Position numbers and translations under genes: made by a program. From positions 1-64,000 of the forward strand of contig MCFE01000320.1 in assembly GCA_002104905.1 (NCBI GenBank): DNA of 64,000 nucleotides. The letters are read 5' to 3'. Shown here in pieces: positions 50,837-63,470 of this stretch. This DNA comes from Basidiobolus meristosporus CBS 931.73 (taxonomy: Eukaryota > Fungi > Basidiobolomycota). The notes under the pieces are model-generated. The model ran no database searches. It was not told the DNA's origin and saw only the letters and a list, made by a program, of their open reading frames with translations. Every line of letters begins with the position of its first letter. Positions within the stretch are counted from its first letter, which is position 1.

Positions 50837-51450
50837 GAGGGGCAAGATTCCGAACATGTAAATAGCATATTAGATATTGTATTCTTAGTCACATAAATAC
50901 GAAACTTATATAAAATAGAGGGTTTGCCCAACCCAATCCAATCCGATCCAACCTAACATACACCCGAGTGTGAATCTCGAGGTCAGATTCGTGTCTTACG
51001 GGGTCCAAATGGGATCCCGCTTCCAACCCGAAAGGGTTCTATCGCTCTCATCACTGGCGAGAAAGCCGGTGCCTGGATTTCGTGCTCTGCATGCAACACA
51101 GCGTACTGCGCTCCAAGATGGCCCGGATTATTTGATTGGAGCCAGTAAAATCCCAACCCAAGCACCGGTCGTCTTGGCGACAGGAGCATATTAGTGGCGT
51201 TCTAGGAGCAGAAGTGGGGGCGGGCTGCGGGGAGATTCAAGAGTAAGTAGCGGGTCGTTTATTTGGATGGAACATGGGATATCAAGGAAAACAGTGCAAC
51301 AAACATCTAATGGGCCTGGGGAGGGGAAAATCCCATCTAACAAAAATTCTAGGAAATCTCGGCGGGAGGGAAAAGCCTTCATTCGCGGGGATGGTGAGAG
51401 GAATGGGGGGGAGGGGGAGGCGGAGGCGGAGGCGGTGGCGGTGGCGGACA

Positions 51451-52899
51451 TTAAAGCAGGATCTCGGTGGAATCTGAGTTGGTATCCGAGTTCGAGTCGG
51501 TGCTGGGAGTGCCGTTCAGTTGGTCGTTGAGCTGTTTGATGAACAGGGCGTTTTCAACCTCCAAAGTGCGTACCTTGCGCGCGTCGAAACCATACATTTT
51601 GATGTACTCCAGGTCAATGGCGCTGGGAACGTTCATCCCCTTCTGGTTTCGCTCCAAGGGGCCGGGTACTCCCAGGAGGGCGGCGTAATCTGGCTGGTTG
51701 ACTTGGATCACCTGATCTATGAGTTGATTGATGTCGATCTTCTCGTTGACGGAGTTGACAATGTTCTTCATGTCGACCAGGTCCCGTTTCTCGATTTCGG
51801 TGGATCGTCTGCTTCTACCTCCGTTGTACCGGTAACACAGGGAGGTGGTGCTTAGGATCTCTTCGACCCGATAGCCAAATGGTTCCAGAGTGTCGCTTAG
51901 CGCCACTGCACCCCCGTTCATGTGATTGACTCCGCTATAGTCATTGGCCACGGTGGGATTTGCGTCTTGCCAATCGGCCCAGATCTTGTCTACAAAGGCA
52001 TGGTGCATCCAGAATAGTGGGCTAGCGATGAGCAGGATAGAGAATGTGAGTCTCAGGCGGGAGAAGGGGAGGGGTAGACAAAGATGAAGGGCAACGATGG
52101 AAACCGCGACTTACTCGTTGGGACTTGACATCACTCTGAAGTCACCACCTACGCCAAAGTGGACAGTGGCATGGGGGCCAGGTTCAATATACTCTCGTAG
52201 TTCGTTATAGTTACGGGAGCGACGGATTATATTGTTGACCGACTGACGAGACCAGAAGGACGGGATGGTGCGACCGCCATCCCATCGTCGTGATAAGCAG
52301 TGGCGTCTTGGGAATCGCGCTTCCCAGCCACCAAATGGTCCCTCGGTCAAGCAGCTGTCGCCAACACCGTTTCCATTCCCTCCAAACCACCTCCATATCT
52401 CGCTGTTCTCCGGGCTTCCTGCCTCGATTGTCCAATCCTACATACAGAGCAAAGGTGAAACCTGGTCAGTCACTGCAGTGGAAAGGGGGTTGTGACATGC
52501 TTGACTGCACGGATCGCCGCATTAACCAACTGCTCAGCTAGTAGGTGGGAATGATGATTGGTGGACAACATAGATACATACCCAGTATGGCAGTGTGAGG
52601 CTGGGATTGACCGCGCGCAAGGCATTCTCGAACTGGTGAATAAAGGCCCGATGCCAGGTGAAGAATGGTGCGGTGGAGTGGGCGTGTGGGACATAGGTTA
52701 GATGAACATTCACCAAGCGATCATAAACACCGCTTTGCTTCAGAGTGTTGATCGCCTCGATGAAAGCGGTCTTTTCACCGTTGGAGAGTTGTCGGAACTC
52801 TCTTCTTACCCGGGTCCCACCGCAGCCCTGTCCAGTGACAAGAGTGAGGGAGCTGGAGGCGAGGAGAAGGGCGACGGCGAGTTTTTTGGCTAGTTGCAT
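51451..52899 (-). CDS. Secreted tyrosinase / di-copper centre protein 1 (3 exons)
   Basis: Signal-like N-terminus; CuA HLTY..HAH..FFTWHR, LPYW|DW; CuB PHATVH...SPNDPLFWMHHAFVDKIW; two GT-AG introns. Confidence 0.92.
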
Positions 52900-53378
52900 A
52901 CTGACAGACACTACAAATCAGGGGTGGGACGGAATGTGGATTCTAAGGTTCTAGCCAAAGGGCGGGTTGGGTAGGAGGAATGCACAATCAAATGTGTAAG
53001 AAAGCCTGTCACCCGCCTAGGGTATTTATAGGCTCGGCTGCAGCCGGTCACATTTGGAGCATCGATTGTTTTTCAAGTGCATTCTCCCCAAGCAATGGTC
53101 ACTTGTTTGGGATGAATGGCCATTATGTTCGTGATGGTACGGCCCTGGAGAGGGATCGATCATGCAGAGATCAGCCTATTCCCTGTACATGTGGGTGCAA
53201 TGGATCTGGTGGCCAAACAATAAAACAATTGTGTTCACTGCGTGCAACATGGCCATGGCTATTGAAACACGGGGCTGGCTCGTTCTTCGCCAGATCGTTT
53301 TACAAACATGGGCCAGTTTCAAGCTTGCATCTGGTTAGAATATGGAAGTTCAATTTTATTGGTAGGGATTGATCAAGT

Positions 53379-55698
53379 CTAGTCCCAATATTTGATGGTG
53401 CCGTCCCAACTGCAGGTCGCTACTTTGGAGGTCTCTTGCGGATGCCATTCGCAGCCGATAAGTACGCTGTCGTGCGCCTTGAATCTCCTGGAGTGATTGT
53501 TAGTGGATTCCGGTCAGCGTCCATGTGGGGCGGTGTACTTACTTGAGAACCTTGGTCGTTTTCCAATCCCAGAACCAGAGCTTTCCTTCCGCATCGCCCG
53601 ACATGATGAACCTTCAAGGTGAAGATTTAGTGTTGGTCATGCCACCCGACAAGTTTGAACTGTCACTCACCTGCCGTCAGCAGAGAAATTCGGTTGGCAC
53701 GCATAGCCGGCAATCACGTGGCCGGTGAACCTCTTCTTCCCGTTCAGTCGGAATCTATCCTTGGCGCCGTACACCACGATCTGGTTGTCCAGGGATTGGC
53801 ACGCAAGCCATTTTTCTAGAAGCAGTTCAAGGTCAGCCGATGGTTCGGGCCAAGTCCAAGTTGGGCGGCCACTTACTGTTAGGATGCAGGGAGACACTGG
53901 GCATACTGTGCATATAAGGTTCGGCGATGTACTTGATCACCACTGGAATATCGAATTCCCAAGCTCTCAGGGTTTTGTCGTCCGAGGTGGTCACGAAGCG
54001 GCGGTTTTCGTCGACAAACGTGATCGAATTGACAGCGCCCAGATGCTGGTCATACTCCTGCGTAATCTCCCCGGTGTTGATGTCGAACTGGACAACAGGC
54101 AGAAAGTTAGCGAGGTCGTTCGGGAGGGTGTCGAGGCTACGCCAAACAAACAAGTACCTGTACGATTTTCTTATCCGAGCACCCGGCCAAGAAGATGTGC
54201 TGTTTGTCCTCGTCTGGGTTGAACTTGACGCAGTATGGAATCTTCTTGGTGGTGAAGGATCTGATGCATTGGCCGGTTTCCGTGTCCCAGAGCTTAACAA
54301 ATCGGTCGTAACTGGCAGTAAGGAATCTTCTACCATCGTTGCTGAATGTAATATCGCGGACCGCCTTGCTGTGGCCGATGAATGTTCTCAGGCATTGACG
54401 CTCGTGATAGACATCCCAGATCTAGCGTACCAAAGTCCCGTCAATATATGTGGTAGTAGTGGTGATCGGTGTGCTGTGTATGGTTACCTTAACTTTGGAA
54501 TCCATGCCAGCAGAAAGCAAGAGATGTCCAGATCTTGGGAAGAACCGAATAGCAGAGACACCCTTTGTGTGTCCAGTCCAGGTATGAATATGCTTCTTGG
54601 GCAGGAAGCAGTCTTGCTCGCCAGGTTCTCCGAGCAGGTTGATGTCCAGGTCTTGTGGGATATGAATGTATGTTCTGCCTTGGTAATCATACTCAGATTT
54701 CCCTACACAAACTGTTAGCTGGCTTATCCGTTAGAATACGCTTGCTTAATGAAACTAACCGTGGAAGATGCTGGTCTCTGTTCCAGTGGTGGGCTCGTTG
54801 CTTGTATCCTCTCCGACGGGTGTGGTTTGTACAGGAATCTCCTGAAAGTAAATTGAATCAGTCTCAAGGATAAACAGCGTGGTGGTGTTTTTGTACGTAC
54901 TTCTTCATCGGGTCCAGCCAGTTCCCCAATTCTCTCGCCTTCATATCCGGCCCAAGGCCCCTTGTAAGCGTTCTCACCCTCTAATACTGAAGAGTCTCCG
55001 CGGGTCTTTCTCTTCGCCAGGTTTTTGTTCTGCTTGGCCTTTGAGTCGTATATAGTAGCACCTGACAGTAATTTGAACGTGAATACCGAGCCTGACTAAA
55101 GAGAGTGACAATGGAGGTACCTTCGAATTGGATAGCCTTCGCTGTGTCACCAACAAAGCCGCTACCGTCTAAACCACCACCCACTTGCCCTTGAGCAGAA
55201 TAAGTCAATACAGAAGGATCTCTGGCATATCCAAACGAACGGAATGTTCGCTCCTGTGTACGGAAATCATGCTCAGAAATGGCCTGCTCCTCGACATGGC
55301 CTACATAGTTGAGGGACGCTTTAATAAAAACTCAAGTGGTCTCTCGTGAAGGTCGCGAATTACCGGTCAAGATGTTTTGATTGGGAGCTCTAGTTCGAAA
55401 GGGATTGTTGGGGCCCATCACTGGTTTCACCATGTCATCGTATGGAATGTTCACAGCCACGCTTTTGTCGGTAATGCTCGTAATGATACGCTTGGAAAGG
55501 GAAGGATCCTGTTTGGGAAAGACGAGCGGGTTGGTTGTTGTGAAGGGGATTTCGCTCAACGCCGAGGGAACTTACCTCTAAGCTAACATCGGGGGCTACG
55601 TTGATTTTGATCCGTTTGTGTGATAGATTGACTGGGGCAGTTTCGTGAAATTCCGAATCCGAACCAGAAGCCGAACCGTAACCACCTAGCAGGTCCAT
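53379..55698 (-). CDS. CDC40: Pre-mRNA splicing factor Prp17/Cdc40 (WD40), multi-exon
   Basis: MDLLGGYGS..., [95 protein letters not shown]-stop. Confidence 0.93.
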
Positions 55699-56235
55699 TA
55701 TAAATTCGTGTTCGAGAGGGGAAGTATTACAAAAAGTCCACCCACCACGGAGGATCAATAAAAAGGGGATTTCGTGACAAATCCATTGGAAAATTTCCAG
55801 GATTTTTTCATCCCAAGGGAGGGTCGAGTGATTTGCCAGCGTTCACCCCAAGTGAGGATCGAGTGATTTGCAAGCCTACCGTCCATCGAGCGGATTTTGC
55901 GGGATGCGCTCAAGTGGATTTGACCACAACAGATTGTAAACGAGTCGTCTGCATCGAGTACATTGTGCTCTGCATCGGGCCACGTGTTGAGAGAGAAGGT
56001 TCGTCTCCACGTATTTCTCGCTCGGTGAGAGTGACCGCATTAATTACATGAACATTTCCCTGGCGTGGGGCCCTTGACGCACATATTTCTCTCACGTACA
56101 TGTTGAGTATTCAAACATCCCGCCATTGATCTGCACGTCAATAACACTCATGGCGCTCATATAAATGTGAATTCCTCTGCGGTTCTGGTAGATCCCAAGC
56201 CCAGTCTTTCTTGATCAATCCTCTTTCCTTTAACA

Positions 56236-57635
56236 ATGCAGATGGCCAAAAAACTCGCACTTGCACTTCTCTTCGCCTCCTGCTCCGTCACTCTTGTCAC
56301 TGGACAGGGCTGCGGTGGGACCCGGGTAAGAAGAGAGTTCCGACAGCTCTCCAACGGTGAAAAGACCGCTTTCATCGAAGCGATCAACACTCTGAAGCAA
56401 AGCGGTGTTTATGATCGCTTGGTGAATGTTCATCTAACCTATGTCCCACACGCCCACTCCACCGCACCGTTCTTTACCTGGCATCGTGTTTTTATTCACC
56501 AGTTCGAGAATGCCTTGCGCGCGGTCAATCCCAGCCTCACATTGCCATACTGGGTATGTATCTATGTTGCCCACCAATCATCATTCCCACCTACTAGCTG
56601 AGCAGCTGGTTTATGCGGCGATCCGTGCAGTCAAGCATGTCACAACCCCCTTTCCACTGCAGTGACTGACCAGGTTTCACCCTTGCTCTGTATGTAGGAT
56701 TGGACAATCGAGGCAAGAAGCCCGGAGAACAGCGAGATATGGAGATGGTTTGGAGGGAATGGAAACGGTGTTGGCGACAGCTGCTTGACCGAGGGACCAT
56801 TTGGTGGCTGGGAAGCGCGATTCCCAAGACGCCACTGCTTATCACGACGATGGGATGGTGGTCGTTCTATCTCGTCCTTCTGGTCTCGCCAATCACTCAA
56901 CAACATAATTCGTCGCTCTCGTGATTACGACGAGCTACGCGAATACATCGAACCTGGCCCCCATGCAGCTGTCCACTTTGGCGTAGGTGGTGACTTCAGG
57001 GTGATGTCAAGTCCCAACGAGTAAGTCAGGTTTCCCACCATTCGTCTCCCTTCGGCCATGAGCCTTACACTGCTATCCTGCCCAACTTTAGCCCACTATT
57101 CTGGATGCACCATGCCTTTGTCGACAAGATCTGGGCCGACTGGCAAGAGGCAAATCCCTCCTTGGCTAACGACTACAGCGGGACAAATCAAATGGATGGA
57201 AATCCCGCGACGGCCAACGATCCATTGGATCCATTTGGATACAGTGTTCAAGATATTCTGCACACCAGCGCTCTGTGCTATCGATATGCCGGCGGGCGAA
57301 ACCGGCGCTCGATCGAGCTTGAGAAGCGGGCGGTGGCCGATGAGTCCATCGACGTGCTTCTCACCACGCAGAAGATGAACTTCACGCTTAGCGAGCTGCT
57401 GGAGAAGGTGGTCGCCATGGATCGACCAAACTACAGCAGCATCTTCGGGCTACCAGGTTCCCTTGACCGGGATTCCAAGGAGATGAACGTCCCCGCAGCA
57501 TTGGACCTTGAATACATCAACATGTATGGATTCGACGTGCGTAAAGTACGTACGGTGGAGATCGAGAACGCCCTTTGGATCAAGCAGTTGAATCAGCTGG
57601 CTAGCACAGAGGCAGCACGGAGTCTTTTAGAATAG
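56236..57635 (+). CDS. Secreted tyrosinase / di-copper centre protein 2 (3 exons)
   Basis: Same CuA/CuB motifs and intron positions as the gene at 51451-52899. Confidence 0.92.
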
Positions 57636-57775
57636 AGTTTGCCTAGAGAGATCACATGATACCTTTGATATTGATTGAATAAATGCGTCCGTTTCAGTCC
57701 AGTGGAAGCCAGGTTTAATCCGGGTGTTTATTGATATGAGTTAGAGAGGATTGGGATTGGGATCGGGATCGGGGT

Positions 57776-59985
57776 CTACATATTCCTTGATTGCATCAAG
57801 CTAGACTGTGTGCTGGAAACATCCTTGAGCTGGGCATTCAGCGAGGAGGAGTTCTGATCGATCCACTCCAGTGAAGTCAAGTGGGCATTCAGGATCTGAA
57901 CGATCTGCGCGATCTACAAAGAAGTCACGTTAGGAGCTGCTGAAAGACTGGGTGGGTTAGGGTCATCTACTTACCGGATCCTCATCATCCTGCGCCTCCT
58001 TGGTGCCCGAGAGTACGGCGGATTGGTTGATTTCATCGATCATGGTGGCCAGGTTCTTGGACATGTCGTCGAGCTGCTTGTTCAATCCTTCGGCCAGGTT
58101 GTAGGCCTTTTCTCTTTCCTCGTCGGCCGGCTGGACTCCCTCGCCGCGAGCCAAGCCCCCGTCGAGCAACTCACGGACCTGAGATTCGTACGCGTCGAGG
58201 ATGCTCGAGAGCTCTTGCTGCTGTGAGTCGATGTATTCGAGATTCTGGTCGATGTTGGCCTGGGTGGCCTCGGCCGCCACCGTCTCGGTATAAAGCTTCG
58301 AGATCTTCTCCCCATTCTCCACCAGGACCCGGTCCCATTCCGCCACCTCCACCGCTTGCTCATGGAACTTCTTGGTATACTGGGTGAGCTCGGAGCTCCA
58401 TTTGTTCAGGATCTCGTCCATGGTCTTGTTCTTGAAAGTGGATGTGGTGGGTGTGCTGGCGGCAGCAGTCGAGGCGCTAAGTGTACTGTCAGCCGGTTTC
58501 GAGGTGAGTGTAGGATTGGTACTGGAAAGTGGGGAAATGGCCGGTTGGCTGGTGGTGGTGGTGGTGGAGAGGCTTGTGGCTGGCTTGGATCCTAAAGAGA
58601 ATCCAGTGGTTGAAGCCGCAGTGGTAGCTGGAGCACTACTTTCTGTGGACTTGGCACCAAAGGAAAATCCTGAGGCAGCAGCGGGTTGACTGCTAGTCGT
58701 AAGGCCTGTAGAAGCGGCGGGGGCAGACGCGGCGGCGGAAACGGCTGACTTGGCACCAAAGGAGAATCCTCCAGATGTGGCAGGAGCGGCGGGCTTATCT
58801 CCCAAAGTTAGTGTGCTGGTAGTGTCGGGCTTGGAAGGAGTCGACGTAGGGGTTGTGCTGCCAAAGAGTCCAGTGCTAGGTGTAGCTGAAGGGGTCGATG
58901 GGGCTGGCGTAGATGCACCAAACGAGAATCCGCCTGCAGGTTTAGCAGCGGCTGTAGAAGTGGCTGTAGAGGTAGCTGGAGTTGCTGCGGAGGCACCAAA
59001 GCTAAAGCCGCCAGAAGTTGCCGGAGTGGTGGCTGTTGGCGTGGCAGCAGGAGCTGCTGTGGAAGTACCAAAGCTAAATCCACCGGTGGTTGCTGGAGCA
59101 GCAGTTGTATTGGTGGGGGCTGGGGTCGAAGTGGTAGCACCAAAGCCAAATCCACCAGCAGTGGCGGGTGCAGCGGCCGTAGTAGCAGCTGGTGTTGTGG
59201 TAGACGAGCCAAAGCTAAAACCACCGGGGGCCGCAGGGGTAGTGGTTGTGGTAGCAGCTGGTGTGGAAGTAGAAGAGCCAAAGCCGAACCCGCCAGTGGT
59301 AGCAGGAGTAGCAGTTGTGTTGGAGGCTGCTGAGCCGAAGCTAAAGCCACTAGGTGCGGCGGGAGTAGCAGCAGCAGTAGTGGTAGCTGGGGTAGAGGCA
59401 GCGGCCGAAGAACCAAAGCTGAATCCGCCGGAGGCTGCAGGGGCAGTAGCGGTGGAGCCAAAACTAAAACCACCGGTGGCAGGCTTTACTGAAGATGTGG
59501 TAGTTGAAGCAGGTTGGGTAGTGTTGCCTGTGGTGGAGCCAAAACTAAAGCCTCCAGTGGCGGGCTTCGCGGCAGGAGTGGAACTAGCATTGTTGCTTGC
59601 GAAACCGCCAAATCCTGAGGCTGGCGTTGTGGACGAAGCGCCTGAACCGAACGAAAATCCGGAGGTGCCTGTGGTTTGAGTGTTGGCTGGAGTACTAGAG
59701 CCACCAAAGGAAAATCCTGATGATTGTGTGTTGGATCCTAAGCAACAACACGAAAGTGTTAAACCCTGAACAACGACAGCGGGTGTACGGCGACTTTGCC
59801 CGATATTTGGACCGACTTCCACTCAATCAAATAGCAAATGTCTTACCAGTGGCACTGGAACCGAAGGAGAATCCGGACGCGGGTTTACTCGTATTATTAT
59901 TACCAAAGCTGAATCCGGCTTGGAAAAGGAAGAAGGGCGTTAGAATTGAGCGTAGTATCTTCGTGATGGGGATCTACTTACACAT
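57776..59985 (-). CDS. NSP1: FG-nucleoporin Nsp1/Nup62
   Basis: Many GFSFG/GFGFG repeats with A/T/P spacers; Nsp1_C KTMDEILNKWSSEL...QAVEVAEWDRVLVENGEKI; last exon IAQIVQILNAHLTSLEWID; first exon ATG+T. Confidence 0.93.
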
Positions 59986-60244
59986 TGTCTAGAAAAATAC
60001 TCAAGGAGGAATCGCTGGTAACAACTGGTGTTAATTCAAGCAGATTATTTACAATTCAAGAAAAAAAACTAGCTCCTGATGAAGCAAACACCGTGGACGG
60101 TTGGTGATGTTTAATTTAAGCGGGGAGCAGGCAATCAATGATAAATCAAAGCTGGGTTAGTGTGAAGTTTTCTATATTTAATTAACTTTTAAGCCAAACA
60201 TGATTTGGTAGATAAACCGGAAGTACAAATAAATATGCGGCTGA

Positions 60245-62880
60245 CTAGAAATCCAGATCCAGCAGATTGCCAACGTTCTGCGAGTTGGCGGACATCGCAT
60301 TAATATTATTGCTGTATGGATTGGCCATGGAGACGGTATTGGCATATGGGTTGTTCAACGGGACAGGTGCAGGGTTGGTGGTGTAGGGGTTGTCATTTGT
60401 GTTGTATAAGCTGATGTTGTAGGGATCATTGGCAGCGGAGGTGGCTTGCGGGGTAGAAATGCTAGAGTACGACGGGGATTTCTGGCTCTGGTTGAGCAAT
60501 TTCGAGGCTGGTAGGTGTCGTGGCTTGACTCCCTTTATGAATGTGGTGGGGGGCTTATGGTAGATCGAGGCTAAGCTGGAGATATTCAGCAGAAGCTCGT
60601 CTAATAAGTGAGTATCCATGTTGTCGGACTCGGTGGAGATTTGTGGTTTGTCCGACAAGAGGACAGCCTGAAAGAGCGTGAATACAGCGGCCGGGACAAC
60701 CTACGTAAATAAACGTACCTTGGCGGCGGCAGGGTCGGTGGACAGAAGTCTCCAATAGATATATCCACGGTCTCTGAGGTCTGGATTATCCACCTCCTCG
60801 GTGGCCCATTTCAGAACTCTGGGAACCAACTCCTGGCCAGCACTGGGCCTTTTGATGAAGAGCTTGATGGTCGCCGTGAGCAATGCTAGTTGGACCTGCT
60901 GGCGGTCAATACTCAGCCGATACATGCAGCGCTTCTCTCATAAAGTTACCTCGGTTGTCTCCTCCAAAAAGGTATCCAGGAAGCCCTCAAGGACTTCGTA
61001 GGAGTTTTCGATTCTCTCGGCATACTGTCCAATAATCCAGATCATGGCTACCTTGGCTTCAGGCTCATCCAAGCTGTCCAAGTTCTCACAGAGCTTGTTG
61101 ATGATGCTCTCGTACTGGTTGGGATACTTGCGGAAAATGTCCTAAGTGGAGGGGCTCGTCAGCAGCCGTAGGGTCCAAGGCACCGGGCAAACACTCACCT
61201 TGATGACAACGATGGCTTCTTGGACAACGTAATTCACTTTGGTTTGGATGAGGTCCAGTAGTGTTTCAATGCACCGCTCCGCTGCGGACTCGATCTTGAT
61301 GGCGAGACGGCCTATGCACCGAACAGCCTTTCTTACGAAATCAACATCGACTTCAGTAGCGTATCTGTCAACAGTAAGGTGAGCGAGGTTTCGTAGGGCC
61401 GGGTGGCGTGGCATGCTACTGACTCTTTGAGCTCCATAAGCACCTGGTTCACGTTGGTGACATTGGCCAATCTAAAAATGATCTCAAGTTTGGCCAGCTT
61501 CACGTAGATCGGGTCATCGTATCTGCAGAAGAACACCTTCATTTCATTTTTGAGAACATCGGGCCGCTTCTGGATGATCAACAGGATGTTGCGAAGGGCG
61601 ACGTATTGAACCTCGGGCTCACTAGATAGCAGGGTGACTGAGAAATGGGTCAGAGACTTGCGAGGCTCAGCGGTGAAGAGCACATCCTACCAAGCGGCGG
61701 GGAGAGTTTCTTGCACAGGTTGGTGATATCCTCCTCCTTCGTCATGTAGTTCATCAGGTACATGATTAGTTTGACAGCGGTGAGAACTACACTGGAGTTG
61801 GCGTGCTGAAGGCGAGGAGCAATGCGCTCGACTAGCAGTTCGGTGTCTCCGGGCTCCTGGGGGACCACATACATCAATGCCTCCAAGATGTAGCTTTGGC
61901 CCCACCTACAAGCAAACCAAAAGAGGTCAGAGTGCTGACGCTTGTCTCGTGCTCGCTCGCGAAAACTTACTCGGAGCATTCGTTGAGGGCGGCGATCAGC
62001 TTGGTGGCTATGGTCATGTTCAGATTCATCCCGATGTTATCGGATCTCTCCGAAATCTCCGTCAGCGCGGCTACTGAATTGGCGACAACCTTGGTATCGA
62101 GTGGGTTGGAGTTTGGTTATGAGGCGCTGTAGCGGAGAATCGAGTAAAACCTACCGTGGGGTTAGAATCAGCAAGCATATCGCGAAGCATGTTGACAAAG
62201 CCCTCCTCTTCAACAAGCTCGCTGTCATGCATATAGAGTTTGGCTACACATATCGCTGCGGTCTTACGAACGTACGGGTCTTGATCCCGCAGGCAACGAC
62301 GTAGTGGGTCGCACAAGGAGTCAATGGCTTGCTCAACGTTGATGTAGCTCATGGTACGAATGGCGAGTGCGCGAATCAGGGGGTTCGAGTCTGTGATGTC
62401 CTATAGCGGGAGGGTTTCTTAACACTCGTGATTGCGAACCTAATCCGCTTCTGGTCGAGCCACTTACCTTCAAGAAATAATTGACTGCCATACCCGCCAT
62501 TTCGGGCTTGCTTCTAGCGTAGTTGATCAGGTATAGATAGACCATTTTCTTGACCTCAAGACTGGGGATTTCCATACAGGGCAGGACATCCTGATACAGC
62601 GAAGACATATCATTTCCCATGGTCATGTTGGCGACAATCTTCTTCATGACCACTTTCTTTCTAGCATATTTGACATCTTTTTTGTCGGAATTGAGCTCCG
62701 CCCGAAGCTCCTGGATTTTCCCTGTTCAAATGGCAGTTAGTAGGGGCCTGTTTAGAATGAGTAGCGCCGAACACTGTTAGATGCACGAATGGGATGGAGG
62801 AAACCAGATGGGGAAAGGCTTAATGAAAGCTGAACGAGGCTAGAAAACGAACCTCTTTGGAAGTACTTTGCGTCAGACAT
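60245..62880 (-). CDS. APL1: AP-2 adaptor complex beta subunit, multi-exon
   Basis: [19 protein letters not shown]...[14 protein letters not shown] (fungal AP-2 beta-type start), [45 protein letters not shown]. Beta-2 versus beta-1 assignment is from the N-terminal signature only. Confidence 0.85.
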
Positions 62881-63470
62881 AGTAGGTTTTTGTCAACTGA
62901 AGCGTGTGGAAGGTGCGGACAGGTAGTGAGTTTTGTATGGATGATTAAGAATCCCATCAAATTAACCAGCATCGATCATCAAGCGGGTTCTTAATTACAA
63001 TGACTATTTATTTGAACAATGAATCTAACAGTATCATGTTGAGCTGTCACTACTTCTAGGGTTACTGGTGGTTTACATATGGAGTTGCTGCTTCTTACTG
63101 TGCTCGAATCACTCGACTATATACAAAGACCCAGCCAACTGCATCTATCGCGCTTTGTGCCCAAAAACGATTATCAAGGGGAGTAAGCGAAAGAAAGGCG
63201 GCAGTGGTATCCAGTTAGCATGTAACGTTACGGTGCGAGGTTTGCATGGATTCAACAATATGAAAGGACAAAGACAGGAAAGAGAAGTAGTTGAACAAAG
63301 ATGCTGATAAAAATCACCGTGGCAGATGGTGAGTAGAGGGGGGTGGGTGGTGGATACAATTAGTTGTGGCTAGCATGAGCTCTCAGAGAAGCTCGAATCA
63401 GTTTGTTCTTTTTACGCTTTACCTTCACCACGAAAGGGACGGATTTGAGAGAATTAAATTAATGCTATTA

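Noticed and set aside
50960-51220. GC-balanced intergenic stretch with possible stems (ncRNA?)
   Set aside because: No recognisable tRNA, snRNA, SRP or snoRNA motif by eye; an Rfam/Infernal search would be needed.
53927-54718. 263-aa + strand ORF
   Set aside because: Antisense to CDC40 exons and introns; no recognisable motif.
58750-59679. 309-aa + strand ORF with PKLKPP repeats and a 221-aa alternative-frame ORF
   Set aside because: Antisense and alternative-frame shadows of the NSP1 FG-repeat region.
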